Below are positions 63,593 to 64,000 of a stretch of 64,000 nucleotides of DNA, in pieces. Position 1 is the first letter of the stretch, and every line of letters starts with the position of its first letter. The stretch is from an uncultured Myxococcales bacterium (GTDB lineage: Bacteria > Myxococcota_A > Polyangia > Fen-1088): positions 32,580-96,579 of the forward strand of contig CAZYFU010000003.1 in NCBI GenBank assembly GCA_964647025.1, written 5' to 3'. The translations under genes were made by a program, and so were the position numbers. The notes below the pieces were generated by a model, which did not search any database, was not told where the DNA came from, and saw only the letters and a list, made by a program, of their open reading frames with translations.

Positions 63593-64000
63593 CGTTCCGG
63601 TCCCCGTTCCATCCAGTCGGACGCCACGTATCCGGACTCGACACGGAATCGGCGCCACTCGGAGCCGCTCAGGCGGGCAAGCGCGCGTTTCTCGGCAGCG
63701 AGTAGCCCTGCGTAGCGAGAGTCAGCGTGGGCAGCCAGAATCTCGGGCGTGCCGTCCTCGATGATGGCACCGCCTTCGATGACGAGCACGCGAGGAAACG
63801 ACCGCGTCTGGCCGATGTCGTGCGTGATGCACACGAGCGTCGCGTCCTGCCAGCGCCTGCGTGCGGCAGACAACAGTGCGCTTCGCCGCGCACGCTCCAA
63901 GCCGCAGAAAGCCTCATCCAGGATGACCAGGCTGGGCGATCCGCGGCAGATCCCGCGCGCCAGGCGCACGCGCTGGCCTTCGCCCCCCGAAAGCAACGCT
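63589..64000 (-). CDS. ABC transporter ATP-binding C-terminal fragment (partner half-transporter; 5' end outside window)
   Basis: LSGGEGQRVRLARG, ILDEAF, H-loop CITHD. Confidence 0.7.
   Translation of the reverse strand, partial: ALLSGGEGQRVRLARGICRGSPSLVILDEAFCGLERARRSALLSAARRRWQDATLVCITHDIGQTRSFPRVLVIEGGAIIEDGTPEILAAHADSRYAGLLAAEKRALARLSGSEWRRFRVESGYVASDWMERGPER

Overview
High-GC (about 70%) chromosomal segment, almost certainly from a myxobacterium (Myxococcota). The evidence is a MYXO-CTERM-type sorting tail on a subtilase, MXAN-type Cys-rich Asp/Gly motifs, many lipobox lipoproteins, and FHA/PP2C/Ser-Thr-kinase signalling genes. Most of the window is conserved housekeeping operons. These are: gap, queG, lolC-lolD-bamA, prfB-lysS (with the RF2 +1 frameshift site readable in the DNA), phoB-phoR followed by pstC-pstA-pstB-phoU behind a Pho box, an FHA/PP2C/STK triad, yajC-secD-secF-recJ-orf95-terC, efp-epmA, era-der, an ECF sigma/anti-sigma pair, rpsO-pnp, and a tandem pair of ABC exporters running off the window end. 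The accessory or unusual content is: (1) a lone mrr (Type IV restriction) gene bracketed by imperfect inverted repeats of roughly 300 bp, inserted in the intergenic region upstream of prfB; (2) an FHA-domain protein fused to a catalytically degenerate CpaF/TadA-like secretion-ATPase domain; (3) a small acidic ORF with a textbook ribosome-binding site, divergent from pstC in a lower-GC gap; (4) a DPBB/expansin-like lipoprotein; (5) a divergent pair of sulfatase-family genes. I found no rRNA, tRNA, CRISPR array or transposase. Many long ORFs in the supplied track are antisense artefacts of the GC-rich composition.
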